Assembly: GCA_003971905.1 (NCBI GenBank)
Contig: RSEE01000029.1
Coordinates: 558,001-622,000, forward strand
Reading direction: 5' to 3'
Length of the DNA: 64,000 nt
DNA from: Moniliella sp. 'wahieum'
Taxonomy: Eukaryota
Shown: positions 1-13,456 of the stretch, piece by piece
How positions within the stretch are numbered: position 1 is the first letter of the stretch
Layout: each line of letters opens with the position of its first letter
Position numbers and translations under genes: made by a program
The notes under the pieces: model-generated
What the model was told of the DNA's origin: nothing
Seen by the model: the letters and a program-made list of their open reading frames with translations, nothing else
The model's database searches: none

Positions 1-625
1 TCCCACGCGAAAGTCGTCTACCACCCCACCCTGGCCTTCATCCCAGGCCACTGGTGTCTCCAACCCCGATGCCGACATGCCACACTCCCACCACTTCCCC
101 CCAGTCCAAATTGAAACCGTCACGACGCAGACGGCCGACCAGCTCGATGGATATGAAGCCAAGTCTGGCTCCCCCCTGCCTTCAAGTGGATTGAATTCGA
201 AACTCACACCCCTCTCGGTTGTTGATGCTTCCGATTGGGCTGTAGAGGACACTGGCAGCATCCACTCCACTGGCGAAGGAACCCCGAATTACCCCCGCTT
301 GCGGGGCGGTTACCGCGTCCCCTCTCTCAACTCAGTGCATGCTGCAATGGCGAATGGAACGTTGGGCTTTTCGCATTCGCGAGAGGATCTGGGATCACCC
401 CCTACAGGCGGAGAACAGGACCATCCCCTCTCTTCCCCGTCCCAACCCAATACGCATACCCCCACTCCGCCCTCCGGCAGTCCCACCCACGATGTCCATC
501 CCCCCGAGCGTCCGACAGGAGCGGCTGCTCTCACCCCGCAGCTTTTCTCTCCGCTTGACTTTACCCCATCAAAACCCAGCGAGGATGTAGAAGTGATACG
601 CGACCCTTTACGTCAAAGCAGTTGA
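1..625 (+). CDS. 3' end of a hypothetical Ser/Pro-rich protein (partial, begins upstream of window)
   Basis: ORF 77..625 is coding-like and low-complexity, ends at TGA 623-625 and is followed by a T-rich 3'UTR-like stretch. No recognisable domain. Confidence 0.5.
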   Translation, partial: PTRKSSTTPPWPSSQATGVSNPDADMPHSHHFPPVQIETVTTQTADQLDGYEAKSGSPLPSSGLNSKLTPLSVVDASDWAVEDTGSIHSTGEGTPNYPRLRGGYRVPSLNSVHAAMANGTLGFSHSREDLGSPPTGGEQDHPLSSPSQPNTHTPTPPSGSPTHDVHPPERPTGAAALTPQLFSPLDFTPSKPSEDVEVIRDPLRQSS

Positions 626-879
626 TCTGTTCATTATCGAGACCCTACTAATTGTTTTCTGTCCTTACTTCAACCCTCTCATGTCACTGTGCACTGCACT
701 TCCTTGTCACATGGTGTTTTACTTTATTCATGTACCGAGTTGCCATTCGTTCTCTGTGCTGTATACAAACCCTTCTCGTCCACTTATAGTAGGAGATAAC
801 CACGGTTCAGCCTCTAAACATGCCAGCGCCGCATTAACCAGCTGTCGATTTTTCAAGGTCGAATGATATGGATGTGAGA

Positions 880-1554
880 TCATACAGAAATAGGGGATCG
901 ATACGATAGCGGATTCAATTCGTCTCGAGGCATGGCCTGGTTTCCAGGACTGAACCTACCGGGATACCACAGGCTCAGCGGCCAATGTGGTCTGGTGTTC
1001 ATCTCATTCGAGCTGTTAAACTTAAGAGATCGGCTTTGGTCCTGGGGATTGACAAAAGCCGAGACAACAGGCTGCTCCATCAACACGGGATCAACGACGT
1101 CAGCAACGCTGTCGATGGTGACCACAACCTGTGTGAAATGATAGACATGGTCTCTACCTGCTGCCACACTTTGTTGGGCGACTGGTCTCAGACCAGTGAC
1201 TAGTGACCGCAGAACTGACGATTCATTGGGAGTGTGTTGCGCACTACTACGGATCCTTCGCTTGTAGCACCCCTCGACGTACACCGGCTCCATTTCTCTG
1301 TCCTGATCGTGTTGTAGTAACTTGATTGTTACCCATTCCCCCGGCCTATTTCCATCAACTAGCCAAGTTCTTGCCCTTAGTTTGTGCACTATCATAGCGT
1401 CCCACAGACTGCTGTTCACTGTTGACACTATAGATGCGGGACTGACATCCCTACTATGAAAACAAAGGAGTAGCAGCAGTAGAACAATCGTGAGGCGTGT
1501 TGCGGAAAAGAGACTCGAAGAAAGAAGCAAAAAGGGTATAAAAGCTGGGAGCAT
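880..1554 (-). CDS. Putative secreted/membrane orphan protein (~224 aa)
   Basis: In-frame ATG at 1554 within ORF 880..1785 gives a hydrophobic N-terminus (MLPAFIPFLLLSSSLFSATRLTIVLLLLLLCF) followed by an uninterrupted hydrophilic domain. No family recognised. Confidence 0.35.
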   Translation of the reverse strand: MLPAFIPFLLLSSSLFSATRLTIVLLLLLLCFHSRDVSPASIVSTVNSSLWDAMIVHKLRARTWLVDGNRPGEWVTIKLLQHDQDREMEPVYVEGCYKRRIRSSAQHTPNESSVLRSLVTGLRPVAQQSVAAGRDHVYHFTQVVVTIDSVADVVDPVLMEQPVVSAFVNPQDQSRSLKFNSSNEMNTRPHWPLSLWYPGRFSPGNQAMPRDELNPLSYRSPISV

Positions 1555-1633
1555 TAGTGCGAGGCCTGGGGATCGTTTGGAGAGGACCCAACCAAGATCT
1601 GCGTAAGTAGGGACAAAACAAAATGCGGGCCGA

Positions 1634-3389
1634 TCAGGCTTGTTCGACCTCGGAGGCAATGGACTTGCGCTCCTCCAGGTCCGACACCATTTGGTTGTCG
1701 ATGTGGGTGGCGATTTTGGAGCGTGCCCTGAGGCGAGGCCCCCAAGCAAGAAGGATAAAGGGAATTGCACCCAAGATAGTTGCAATGGCCGCCAAGATGG
1801 AAGAAGAATATTGTGGCTCCCAGCCGCCGTTGTGGGTGTGATACATCACCCACCCAAACAGCGGGAACGATCCAGCAGCCAAGTTGCGCAAAAGGGAGAC
1901 AGCGGCAATCGCACTACTGCTACTGGCCTCGTAGGCATCGCTAAGATACTCAAACGACGCAATGTAGATCAAGGCGGCGCCAAATTGGCAGAAGCCGAAT
2001 CCAGCGATCGCAGCTGCTGGATGCGCTTCTGGAATGCCAGTCCAAGCGAACCACCAGAGTCCAACAGGTAGGGCAACACCACCCACAGCGGCGTAGTATA
2101 GTCGACTCTCTGGGTTCGGGCGTCCATTTGGCGCATTCTTAGAGTCCCGGCGGTAGAGGTAGTCCTGATGGAAGTGGAATACCCATGCGACTAGGGCAGC
2201 GACCGTGGTGATCCCAAGTGCCAGACTGCAGTAGATTGGTTTCCAGTGGAAGGCGCGTTGGAAGGTAATCGGAAGACCGACCATGGCGAGGAAAAGCACG
2301 CCCCTAAAACGTAGCATATCGGTCAGTATACTCAGCCCGAATAATGGATTGTTGTAATAACATGTAGACGTACCAGGCAAACCCGACCCAGATGGAAAAA
2401 GCGGTACAAATGGGTTCAAGGAGTAAGAGACGGAAAGGGAGAACAAGAGAGCGCAAATTACGTTTAAGAAGCGAGATGCGATTTTGATCCATGCGGGAGA
2501 TGTAGATAGTATGCAGACCTTTGGCCTTGGCTTCCGCGGTCATCCGGCGAGCCCTCCGACGCAGGAGTACGTTGGCCCGCGTCTCCGAGAAGGTGAAAAG
2601 CATGAGGAAGAAGGTGATGAAAGCAAAAATGCACTGGTACCAGAAAGCCCAGTGCCACTCATGCGGTCCGGCGCCAGCCAAGACAGCAGAAGTAAGGAAC
2701 GGGCCGAGACCTTGGCCTGCATAATTGCCCACAATGAACCCGGCAATCCAGACCCCGCGACTTTGGGCAGGGAAGATATCGGCCAAGGTACCGGCAACCA
2801 TGGAGTTACCAGCACTGTTGGCGATGCCATGGAAGAAGCGTGTGACGACAAAAGCTTCAATATTCTTGCCCAGCGCTTGAGGGATCATAAGCACAGCAAA
2901 TAGAAACGAAGAGATCCAGTAGATGGGTGCACGTCCCGTCGTCTCGGACAGAGGGGCGGTTAAAAGGGCACCAAGCGCAATGCCCGTCATTAGTGTTGTG
3001 GTTCCCAAAAGAAACACGACGTTCCCGACGTGCATTTTGGGTCCGAGCACGGGGAAGAGGGGTGCATACGTGCTGGCCAGCAAGGCAAAGTCAAATGCAA
3101 TCCAGACCATCAGACAGCCCGTGTAAATCCGCTTGGCCAATGGCCACTGTTGCGGGTTTTCCGCATCATAGGGTTTGTCAAAGTCAATGAAGATCACGTC
3201 TTCCCCCGTCTCTTCAGTCTGCTGCGCCGGGGTCCCGACAGATTCGGTTGGAGCCGTGCTCTGGCGCGGCAGAGATTTCTCTTTGCTCTTACCCTCCCTA
3301 TCCTTTTCCGTGGACGCACCCCATACCAAAGAGGAATGTGAACCAGAAGAAGAAGGGGGGGATAAATGAGGGCGTTGAGGGTCTTGCAT
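1634..3389 (-). CDS. MFS drug:H+ antiporter (DHA1 family, TPO/FLU1-like)
   Basis: DAENPQQWPLAKR, APLSETTGRAPIY, GTLADIFP..RG, FSETRANVLLRRRA, PESRL, YLSDAY..SSSAIAAVSLLRN and WGPRLRARSK are typical DHA1 motifs. One intron at 2304-2373 (GTACGT...CTGAC...TAG) joins ORFs 2304..3401 and 1634..2446. Confidence 0.92.
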
Positions 3390-5837
3390 ATGCCGTAGCA
3401 AGATGAGAGAAGATGTTACGCAGGTGTGTTGATGTGGTGAGAGGGTTGGTGGTAGGTTTTACTGTAGAAGCGAAGTGATGATGCTGTGGGATGGCCAAGC
3501 CAGTTCCAAGCGTTTTATACCAAAGCACCACCCTTCATATCATGCATCCTATGTTCTGGCCTTCTCCCCCCTTCTCATCCAGCTGGTATGCCGAATTTTG
3601 CCATATTGTGAGACTTGCGGACGTGCGCGGCAAGCCCATTTTGCTCCCCCCCGCACGTTCACCCGGTACTTTGCAGGGAGAGTGTGGGAAGGACCGGGAT
3701 GGGGAACGTGGTAACGCGTTACCGTTACCGTTAATAGCGTAATGCAGAACGGCTAATCCATCAAGTGGAACGTTAAATGGGTAGCGAAATACGGCACAAA
3801 AGGTTGCGGCTCATCAGACGACGCATATGCTGTAACGCGGTAACGAAGTTCGAAGGGCTTGGTGCTTGGTGCAGTGTGGTTGCATTTGTGATCGATGATC
3901 GATTCGATGAGGCATGGGGCCTGGGGCGTGGGCAGGCCAGGGGACCGGGGATCGGTGACGCCCCCCCCGCTGAGGCTGAGGTTCAGGCCGGCGCCTCCCA
4001 TACGTATATGGGTGCGTGGGCGGACACGCGAAGGGGAGCCAGCCACCCGTCGAACTTGCCACACTTCCGATGATCGATGAGATCGAGATTCGATGAAATC
4101 GATTGAGCTGAGAGCTGCTGAGCCTCAGCGGGTTGGAGTCTGAATCTGACATGTGAGCTCACTTGTAATATACGGTGTGGGGATCGTCTGACACGGACTG
4201 TGGCCGCACGCCCCGGCAGGGCGACTCATCCGCCGTCGGTTATTTCGGCTATTCGAATTCGACCAATAATACTTCTCTCCACCGTGGAAGAGGAGGCAGG
4301 CCATGGGCAGGCCTGAGCGAGTGCTGTGGGTGGGCCTACTTACATGTTATACAGTGTCACATGCACATGCCGCCATCATTGAATCTCCATGTCATACATA
4401 CATCAAGCCTTTGGTATACGAGTACTACATGCAGGTCCCTCTCACGGATATATTACTGAGTACTAATGCATCGATGGAGCGAGGTCCTGGCAGGTCCCGG
4501 CCTTACCAGACCCTACCTCTCCGGGGAAGTCGCTCGAACATGGATGGGCCCCGGCCAGTTTGCGGAGAAGTGTGGGGAACAGGTGATATGCATTTCGGGG
4601 TATGGCCTGGTATGCTGGTCTGCCCACAGACGCCTCTCTCATTCAACACGCGCTCTAATTCAGATCTCACCACCACCAGATGGCAGAGACCGCCCATATA
4701 TGAATAAGGTCTTTTAGACCTTCAATTGGTATACTTGGGCGCATGTGAAGGAAATGGATCTAGTTGAAGTAGCTCGAAGTTTGAAGCTCGAAAAGAGGGC
4801 GGAGAGTTATAGGGGAAAGCGCGAGTGAAACGCCGCCGGCCTATGCGATTTGAGATCTGAGACCTCTGTGGCATCAAACGCCGCACACAACGGTCCAGGC
4901 TTGATAGAGAGTAAACACATCCGACTCGCATTGTTACTTTTGCGTGTGTGTCTCTGTTGAGGTGTATTATAGTTGGTGCATGATGTAGTAACGCTTGGAG
5001 GGAAGTGAGCCCATATCCGTCTTTTGATGGGAAGTAATCAAGTCGGCGATCTTCCTCGGAAAGGGGTCCGCCACAGTTAGTGTGGCCTCTTCCCATTTGT
5101 GGACACAATGGTAAGGGATAGCCGGTTGTGCGGATGGAAATGCATCATGAGTCGGAGATTTGAGAAAAAAGCATAGTAAGTGCACCCTATTTCCATAGGG
5201 AACGGATGGGGCCCGGAGCAATCGGATGATCAGGAATGGAGGTGAACACACTCTGCGCGACTTGGGAACACAGGAGGCGCAGGCCGCGTACCGGAAGGTG
5301 GTACCAAGTACCAGGGACGCACCCAAGAAAACCATTTCCCCCCTTAATTGGTTTTGACAACGAACGCGAGGATAGTATGCCACCAAGACAACAGGAAAGA
5401 TGTTTGGGAACTGGAGGGACCTGACTACTGGCTCTCAATGGAAATGGCTCCTCGCTCGGATGTCAACCACGTTCATCCGTATCCTCACGTGCTTCATCGG
5501 GTCTGGGAACGGATGGCGGGCACCAGAGGGTCTCGATTTCCTGGCGATTCTCCTGGTTCCTTTAAGCGGGGTTGGCGCTCACAAACAGCACACGCCGGAT
5601 GAACAGGTCAGTTTAGGCGCATCGTTTCTTTCTCCCAGCCTTAAGCTCTGTCAATGGTATGGTTGCAGAATATAGAGATCTGTGTGGACCACATCTTTCG
5701 TTTCACCGTGTGGTACATACCTTTTCTGGTACGACACTTGTGATCTTGTTCCCTGCTCTTCTCGTTCCATCTCTCCTGTTGCTCCGCCATAATCCTTCCC
5801 CCCCTCTACTTCCTCTCTCTGGGGCCGTTCGCGGGCG

Positions 5838-5882
5838 CGATGAGGCCTGAGGTCGATGAGGCCTGAGGTCGATAAGGCCTGA
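5838..5882. repeat. 16-bp tandem repeat (CGATGAGGCCTGAGGT) x ~2.8
   Basis: Read directly: cgatgaggcctgaggt cgatgaggcctgaggt cgataaggcctga. Confidence 0.85.
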
Positions 5883-6559
5883 AGGAGAAAAAAACATGTG
5901 TTAAGATGGACCAAGAGGAGGTTATATCCTTGGTTGTTGTTTCTCTCTCTCTTCTGGAACGGTGCCAAATTAGGCGTCCTACCACGCAGCGCATTGGCGG
6001 CTGTTCGTATCTACCTACTCGATTTCGTCACAACAACCATGTGGCCAATATCTGCGCTTGCCATGTCTCCGCGATGCGCCCGATGGCCATCGGCAGCCTT
6101 CTCGGTGGCATCGAGTATACCGCGAGTACTGACGACGCACGACGGGCGCAGTGCCGGAGCGGCGAAGCGGACCGTGCGCGACACCTGGCTAATTACCGGG
6201 GATAGGGTCCGCACGGGAGCAGTGTTGCCACCCGTTCCGGTCCCGTCCCGAGGGTCCACACGAAAGCGCCGGCACATCAGGAGAGGCGCAGCGCCAGCCC
6301 AGTGTGGGCGGAGCTCAGCGCTGATCGATCGCTGATCCGCCTCTCGTTAATTTCATTCCTTTTGTCGCCATTATGCATTACGCCCGAATTCAGCCTGCCT
6401 CAATGATGTGTCCGTGCATGAAAACAAAAACACGGGCCTGTCTGAGAGGCTCCCGAGGCCCCACAGCCGGCGAATTCTCCCGTGTGCTCCCGTGTGCTCC
6501 CTCTTGCCCCCACCCTTCGACGCTATATAACCCGCGACGGTCCAGCCCCCATCCCACCC

Positions 6560-7727
6560 ATGTTCAGCACCTCCCCACGCACATTCGCCTCGGCCTTGGC
6601 CCTCGCTGCTTCGGTATACGTTGCTGACCTCGGCCTCAATTCGGGACGCATCTCCTCCTCCCTTGCATCGCACATTGGTCTTTCTTCGACCCCCGCGCCC
6701 CTCCAAAGCTCCAGTTCTCCCCCCACCTCCTCCTCCTCCCCCCCTCCAGCTCACCCCCACACCACACCACTGTCCGACTCTCTGCCCCTCTCCTCCACCG
6801 CCACTGTCGTGCCGCGCCGCTGGAACCAGCGTGGCCATGCGGACCACGATTGGCTGAAGACCTTCCACACCTTCAGCTTTGCCGACTACTTTGACCCGCG
6901 TTTCATGGGCTTCAGCAACTTGCGCGTTATCAACGAGGACCGTATTGCTCCGGGCACGGGCTTCCCTAACCATCCCCATGCTGGCGCTGAGATCGTAAGT
7001 ACACTGCTCTACCTGCTGACCCCCGCCCTCCCCCCGCTCTTTGTTGTAACTAACATTCTCCTCAGTTCTCTATTGTCCTGGGCGGCGAGTTGACCCACAA
7101 GGACTCGATGGGCAACGTTGAGGTCCTCAAGCAAGGGGACCTGCAGTTCACTCACGCTGGTACCCGGCCTGGCATCCGTCACTCTGAGTACAATGCCAAC
7201 AAGACAGAGGAGTGCCATTTCCTCCAGATCTGGTACATGCCTGACCAAACCGTCAGCCCGCAGTACTACACTGCGCCCAAGTCGGACTGGACCAACCGGT
7301 TGGTCACGCTGATCAAGCCCTATTCCACTCTCACCAAAGAAGAGCAGGCTCGTACGGGCCTTCTTCCTTCTGGTGAGGCGATCCCTGCGCGCTCCTCTTT
7401 GGTCACCCGCACTAGCACTCTCCACCCGGGTAAGACGGTGGAGCACGCGATTGGGGTGGATACGGATGTGGCGTCGCAGACGGGCACCGAACGGTGGCTC
7501 TACGCTCATGTGGCCTCCATGTCGGGTTACAAGGACCCTGACCTGGCTGCGTACCAATACAAGAACGAGGCCAAGTTGACCGTCAAGACGGCCAACGGCC
7601 CTGTCACCTGTCAGAGGGGGATGGCGCGTTCATCAAGAAAGCCCATGTGGGGGAGAAGATTGAATTTGAGTCGACTGGCCAATCGCCGGCAGTGTTTGTG
7701 CTGTTTGATTTGGCGGCAAAGGAGTAA
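6560..7727 (+). CDS. Pirin family cupin protein (YhhW/quercetinase-like)
   Basis: [81 protein letters not shown] and C-terminal VLFDL. Intron 6995-7065. Indel frameshifts near the start of exon 2 and near 7615. Confidence 0.93.
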
Positions 7728-8482
7728 GTCCTACCTTTTCCTCTTTTCCTTACACATCCCGCTTACACGATTCAAAAGCCTGATGTGAGCTGTGCTTGAT
7801 AGGTCCTTCTTTGCTTCTGTGGCTCCTTTTCTGGTGCCTCTCGTTCGGCTGGGCTTGCTTTTCATCCTATTTTACCTGGCTTGGCACTGGCTTGTTCGCC
7901 GTCGCTGAGCTCAATCTCTCATGTACCACAACTCCTATTATGACTTTCATCCACTTGGTCCTGTGCTGTAGCACTACTATAACTTTCGGAATGATGTATA
8001 GCGCCATTGTGCATCATGTTCGCGAATGCAGCATGTTCGCGAAGGTACTGAGGGTCTGTGAATCGCCAACACACTGAGGGTGTTGGCTGATGTCCTGATA
8101 CCCTTAAACCCATAAATACACGTCGCTACAATATCTTCTGGGGTGCCCCCACCCCCACCCCACCCCCCGCTCTCCCAATCCCTCCCTGCCCTCTCGTACA
8201 GTTTGCTATGATTATCATATAGGCAAATTGGACTTGTGCGCACTGCCGTCAACCAACTTCCACTGCAGGCTGTGCAGGCACCGTAGTGTCTTTTCGCCGG
8301 TGCCCACTGACTTTCACTCCGATGCCCACATCCATCTCACCCAACAACAGTTACCCAAACGGAATGGTTGAATGCAAATCTGGAAACTAGGTTGGAGACA
8401 GAAAATATGTGAAGGGAGGGATGGGAAGAGGAGCAGATTAAGATAAGTACCGCACTTGAGAAGATAAACCCAGCATCATGAA

Positions 8483-11400
8483 TCACCAGATCCACGACGA
8501 GCGGGGAGCCGGACGACTACTCTCCTTGGGAGGAATGATCAACTCTCGTACCGGACGGGGGGCATACAAATCTTCCTCCCACCCAGTCTGGTCCTGCTGC
8601 AACGGCGGGGTCTGCAATTGAATCGTCTTGCCCGGTCCGGCAAACGCAACGAGCGGGAGTTGGGGGTGAAATGACACACCCCGGTGGCGGCGCATATTTG
8701 ATGCTCGTGCTCGCCGCCAACGGGTCCGTCTTGCGTAGCGACTCGACCGCCCGACGTAACTCTTGGGGCGACCGGGCGACCTGGGGTGCAGCGGGGGTGA
8801 AGTGTTGCAGAGGCGTACCCAGGGGCTGGAAGGGGTCCAACGTGGCGCGAAAGGCGCGACAGGTTGCCCTGCCTTCCTACGGGGTTGGTTCGTGGCTTGC
8901 TCATCGCAGCCAAAAGGGGGATGCGGTCGTGCACGGCAAACCCAGCCACGGCGGCCCGGAGAGCCGGCTGCACGGTATACTGCCCTACCGACGCCGTGGC
9001 ACGCAAATCCCATAACCGCACACCCATCCACCGCACAACTGACCAATTCACGGCCTCCAAAGGATTGAATGTGCACTCCACGAATGTAGCTCCGGTGCTC
9101 CTCCCACACTCGGACCATCGCGCTGTGGGGCGGATTGCGTCGGTCAAGGCCCGTACCGACCCGTCGTGCCCACCAGCAAAGAAGAGGTCCCCTGCGTCCT
9201 TCTCGCTCGCCAGCGCCATTACGGAGGAGTCCATCGACGTGGGCACATCCTAGCCCACATAATGGTTAGGATCCAAGACCAAACACGGAGGTGGGGGGGA
9301 GAGGAGACGTACCGAAACACAAGTTTCGCGATGTGCGTCCCAGACGCGTACCACGGGCGAGTCCCCCGCAGCAAGTAGGTGACCCGTAGCTTGGACCCAA
9401 TCGAGGTGAAGCCCAGCGGGTGAACGTTCTCGAGCGCATCAGGCAGGGCACGGAACGCAGCTAGCAGCTCGGTAGGGCGCGGGGAGAGGTACGGAACTGT
9501 TCGTCGCTCGTGGGAAGCAGACGGTCGTAGTGGCGGAAGATGCGACGTCTCCGTCTGATGAGCCCGTGACCAGCAGCGAGGCATCCGCCGCTTCGTTCAG
9601 GAAGGCCAGGGCAGTGACATGCGTCCGAGCGGATTCCCATTGGCAAACTCGTTCAGCAACTTGCCGCGACGCCAGTCCCAAATGCTCACCACATCCTCCC
9701 CACTGGCCACGGCAAGATGGTCTTCGAATTGGTGGAATGCAAGGTGGTGGGGCACCTCACTGTTTCGTAGACTCTTCAGTTGGCCCGTCCAGGGTGTGGT
9801 GGCTGTCCCAATGTCAGTTTGGCGGCTTCTTACAAAACAAGCAGACTGAAGACGACGTACCTGCCCCAGGGGCATCGGCTTTACTCTGCCGGACAATGCG
9901 GTCGTTGCGATGTTGCTTGTAGGACTGGACGTTGGACGCTACCGAACCCGGTTCATTCGGTTCTGGGTCGCGCATCTGCGGCATGGTGTACATCTCTGCT
10001 GCCCAGCCATACAGTCGGCTCATAAGAGGAAGTGTATCCGCCGCAATTGCCTCGCCCGTCACGTTTTCTGGTGGAGTCGGCTGTCCACGGCCGCGGAAGC
10101 GCAGAAGGTCCCGAGCAAGCAGGTCAGCTAGCGCGTCTACCACACCCCCTTCGGGAGGAGTGCGAGCTTCCCGTACAGGAAGGGGGGTAGCTGCGTACTC
10201 CACACCCCCACCGGGGGGCATGGGCTTACGCAACCGCATCACCGGCTCAGACGGCTCTGCAGAGTCGAGGTTTAACGCTGCAAGACGGTCCTCTGTGCGG
10301 GGCATATCGATGTCGGGAGTGGAAGGGCGGGAGAAGCCCAAACCCAACGCACGTGCCGCTTGGCCAAATCCACCCTTTGTCCAAGCGTCGGGGGTGGAGG
10401 GGACCGTTTGTGAGCCGTGGTGTGGCGCATGAGAGAAATAGTCCTGCGGTGGTGGCGAGGGTTGAGGGAAGAAGCGCGCCATCAGCGGAGGGGGAACCAG
10501 GTTGATTAGCACGCTCCCTGAGGCGACAGCCGCGTCAGACGAAAGTAGATGGGCGGTGATGTAGTCCACCTGGGTCGAGGCCAGTGCAGCCACGTCGGGG
10601 AAGGGATCGACGCTAAGGTCAAGGAGGGCATCCAAAATGCTTCTAAAGGCAGAAAGGTTGTCAATGTCCGTCTCCTCGAAAGGCGTGCGTTGGGCCAAGG
10701 CTCCCCACAAGTGATCCAAGAAGCGGTCCAGCTCGTCCGTCTCAGGATCGATCACTTTCTCCCCCATATCTTCATCGTTGCCCCCACACCAAATGTAAGG
10801 TACATGGCCAGTGCGAACCACCCCGCATACTCCCGTACCAAGGAGACATGGCGATGAGAAATTCTCTGCGCACCAGAGGCGAGGGATCCGAATGGCAAGA
10901 CAGCATTGCGACTACCAGCCCAACCTCCACGTCGCGCTGAATGGCATCCGGCAGGCCTGTGGATGAGCCCGTCCCCAGAACAACAGGACGCGAGGTACCG
11001 CCAGGAGTATTAGGATCACTTGCTGCGGCGCGCGTGGCGAGCGAATGTGTGGTGGGAGTACTGGGAATATCATCGGTTGGAGTGCGAGCTCCTAGGAACG
11101 TGCCCAGAGCATAGAGCAGGGCGGAGCGCACCTCAGGTGCCGGGTCGGACAACATGGAGACCAACTTGCCATGTGCGTCCATATCCAGTGCCTTGGTCTT
11201 GCCCACCTCAGACCGTCCCAGAGACGCGCAAGACCGCCGACCATTGCCGGAGGAGGAAATCGTCGTCGTCCAAGTGCTCGATGCAAGAGTTCATCACGTC
11301 CGTTGCTTGCAAGCACATGAGCTGTCCGAGGGGATAATCGTAGGAAAAGACAGAGAGGATAAAGGCACACATTGCCCGGTGCTCGACACATGGGGAAAGT

Positions 11401-13456
11401 CGGGTGCGCCCCAAAAGCTCGGCGGCATGCTCAGCGCAGGCTGGGCCTGATAGAAAGGGGACAATGCGTTGGAAAAATACTTAAACCCGTCGTCCCGCAC
11501 CAAGTCATACTGACAGGACCGGTCCACCGCCAGGATGCGTGCCCAAATGTAGATCAGTACAGGCTTGAGATCGAGCGCAGGGCGATTGAAGCAGCTTAAG
11601 CACATAGGGGAAAATCCCAATGCTTAGTGCTTGGTTCACCGCCCAGGGGCCCAAGTCCAAGAAGGAGGAAAGAAGGACGAGAGCACGAAGACGATGTACT
11701 TGGGAGAGGAGAACCTGAAGCACAACAGGTAGTGCTCAGGTGGCTCCGCACTGGTTCGCCCACATCGTCCTCGTACTCGAACGTTTCTGCAACTACGCCC
11801 GAGTCGCCCATGGGCCGACGGTTCATGGGAGTCCGCGACGCCCCAGCCTGTAGGATCCAGACCTCAAACGCAGATAGTTGGTCCGTGAAGAAGGATGAGG
11901 ACTTGTGCTCCACCCCTTCGAGCTCGGGTGGCATGGGGTGTTGTTCTGGGCAAGGGCCATGGCGGCGTTGGCGTGCTCACGAGCAGCGGCAGCTGCTGGA
12001 TCATCTGGTCCAAGGCCATATCCCAGTCGGCCCACATGCGGTGGTTGTGAGTTTCGGGCAGGGCCGGGTGGCTAACGGGGGTGCAGTGGTACAGCCGCAT
12101 AATTCGTTCAGCCAAGAGAAAGTTGCGCATCAAGGCAGCAACCAGCAAGTCATCTCGGAACAGGCGGCGGAACAAGGGGCGAGGGAAGGTGGACCATGCA
12201 ATCGTATCGGTGATGGAAGTGAAGATCCAGTTCAGTTCGCCCAGGGGAGTACGGCGATCTTGCAGTCGGCCCGGAATATCCATAACAAGCTGAAGATCGG
12301 TATTGGAGTTGAGCTTGCTGTTCTGGATCATGTAGACCCGCAGACTCGTCTCGATAGGCGAGGTCAGACATGAAGTGAACAGGTCGGCCGGCAGCTCTGG
12401 CGCAGTGGGGAGCGTCTCGTCTGCAGCACAGGCTGCGAGGTGGATTGACTCGCGAACGGGAACGAGTCGGTTGCACCTTGCGTACCGGACGCGCCCCCCG
12501 AAGCAGGGGCGGTGTTCGGATCCCCCGAGGCAGCGGGAGTTGTCCCGTTGGAGCCACTCTTCTCCTGCCCGGCAGCGGCGGCGGCGGCAAGGGCAGCGCG
12601 TCGCTCGGCAAGCCGATGACTGTGGTTGACAATGTTACCGGCATTGCTTGCATCCCATACATAGATGCATGGGCTACCGAGCGATGTTTGGAGTTCTGCG
12701 AGGGTGACGGGAATGTACTGGGTGTAGGCGCGGTTGAATACCCAAATCTCACCGCTGGGGGTAGGACGGGGTACGCCATACCCATTGTAGTAAAAGAGCA
12801 CACGTTCATCCTTGGCGACGCGCCGTTGATTGGCACAGTTGCGCTTCATTTCCTCAACGATCGGATCGGGAAAGACCTTGTACCTCGTTCTTGTACTGAG
12901 TGTCTCAAACTGGGTTTGCAACGCCCTGCCGATCGTATTGAGGGCCTTGGAATTATCCAGCTCGCTGGGTTCGATCCAGCAAAGCATGCTGGCTGATGGC
13001 TGGGCACGGTTCGCATCGGGAGGCTCGACACCAATGTTGAGGCACAATGTGAGGCTGGCAACAATAGTCCTGAGGCGATCCTTCATACGCCAGTCGGGCG
13101 CATCACGCGGGTCACGTGGGCGGGGAAGACCATCGGTGCGATGACGGCGGTGTGTGTAGAAGGTGATGTAGTTGATGGGGACCGGTGGGTCGGGGGCAAG
13201 GTCGTCAGCACGGAGGAGCAGGGCGCCGTGGCGGAGCTGCTCGGCCTCAGCCAGCAGGGCGGCATGATGGGCCTGAGGATCAACGGCATCAGGGGCGGCA
13301 TTGGGATCGGACGGGGGGCTGGGGCTGGGGCTGGGAGGGACCAGCGTCGGCAGCGTGCTGGGGACCGAGGGTGCCGGGCGCAGGGTGGGAGAGGCCGTTG
13401 GTGAGGGATGGGGTGGGGTGGGGGCGGCCGTTGGGGGCGGCAGAGGCGGTGGCCAT
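8483..13456 (-). CDS. KOG1: TORC1 subunit Raptor/Kog1 (RNC domain, HEAT repeats, C-terminal WD40), fragmented by indels
   Basis: [153 protein letters not shown], and WD40 segments ([10 protein letters not shown]). Confidence 0.96.

Noticed and set aside
4300..5700. Gene or TE remnant between the MFS and pirin genes
   Set aside because: Only short ORFs on both strands and no RT, integrase, transposase or other motif recognised.
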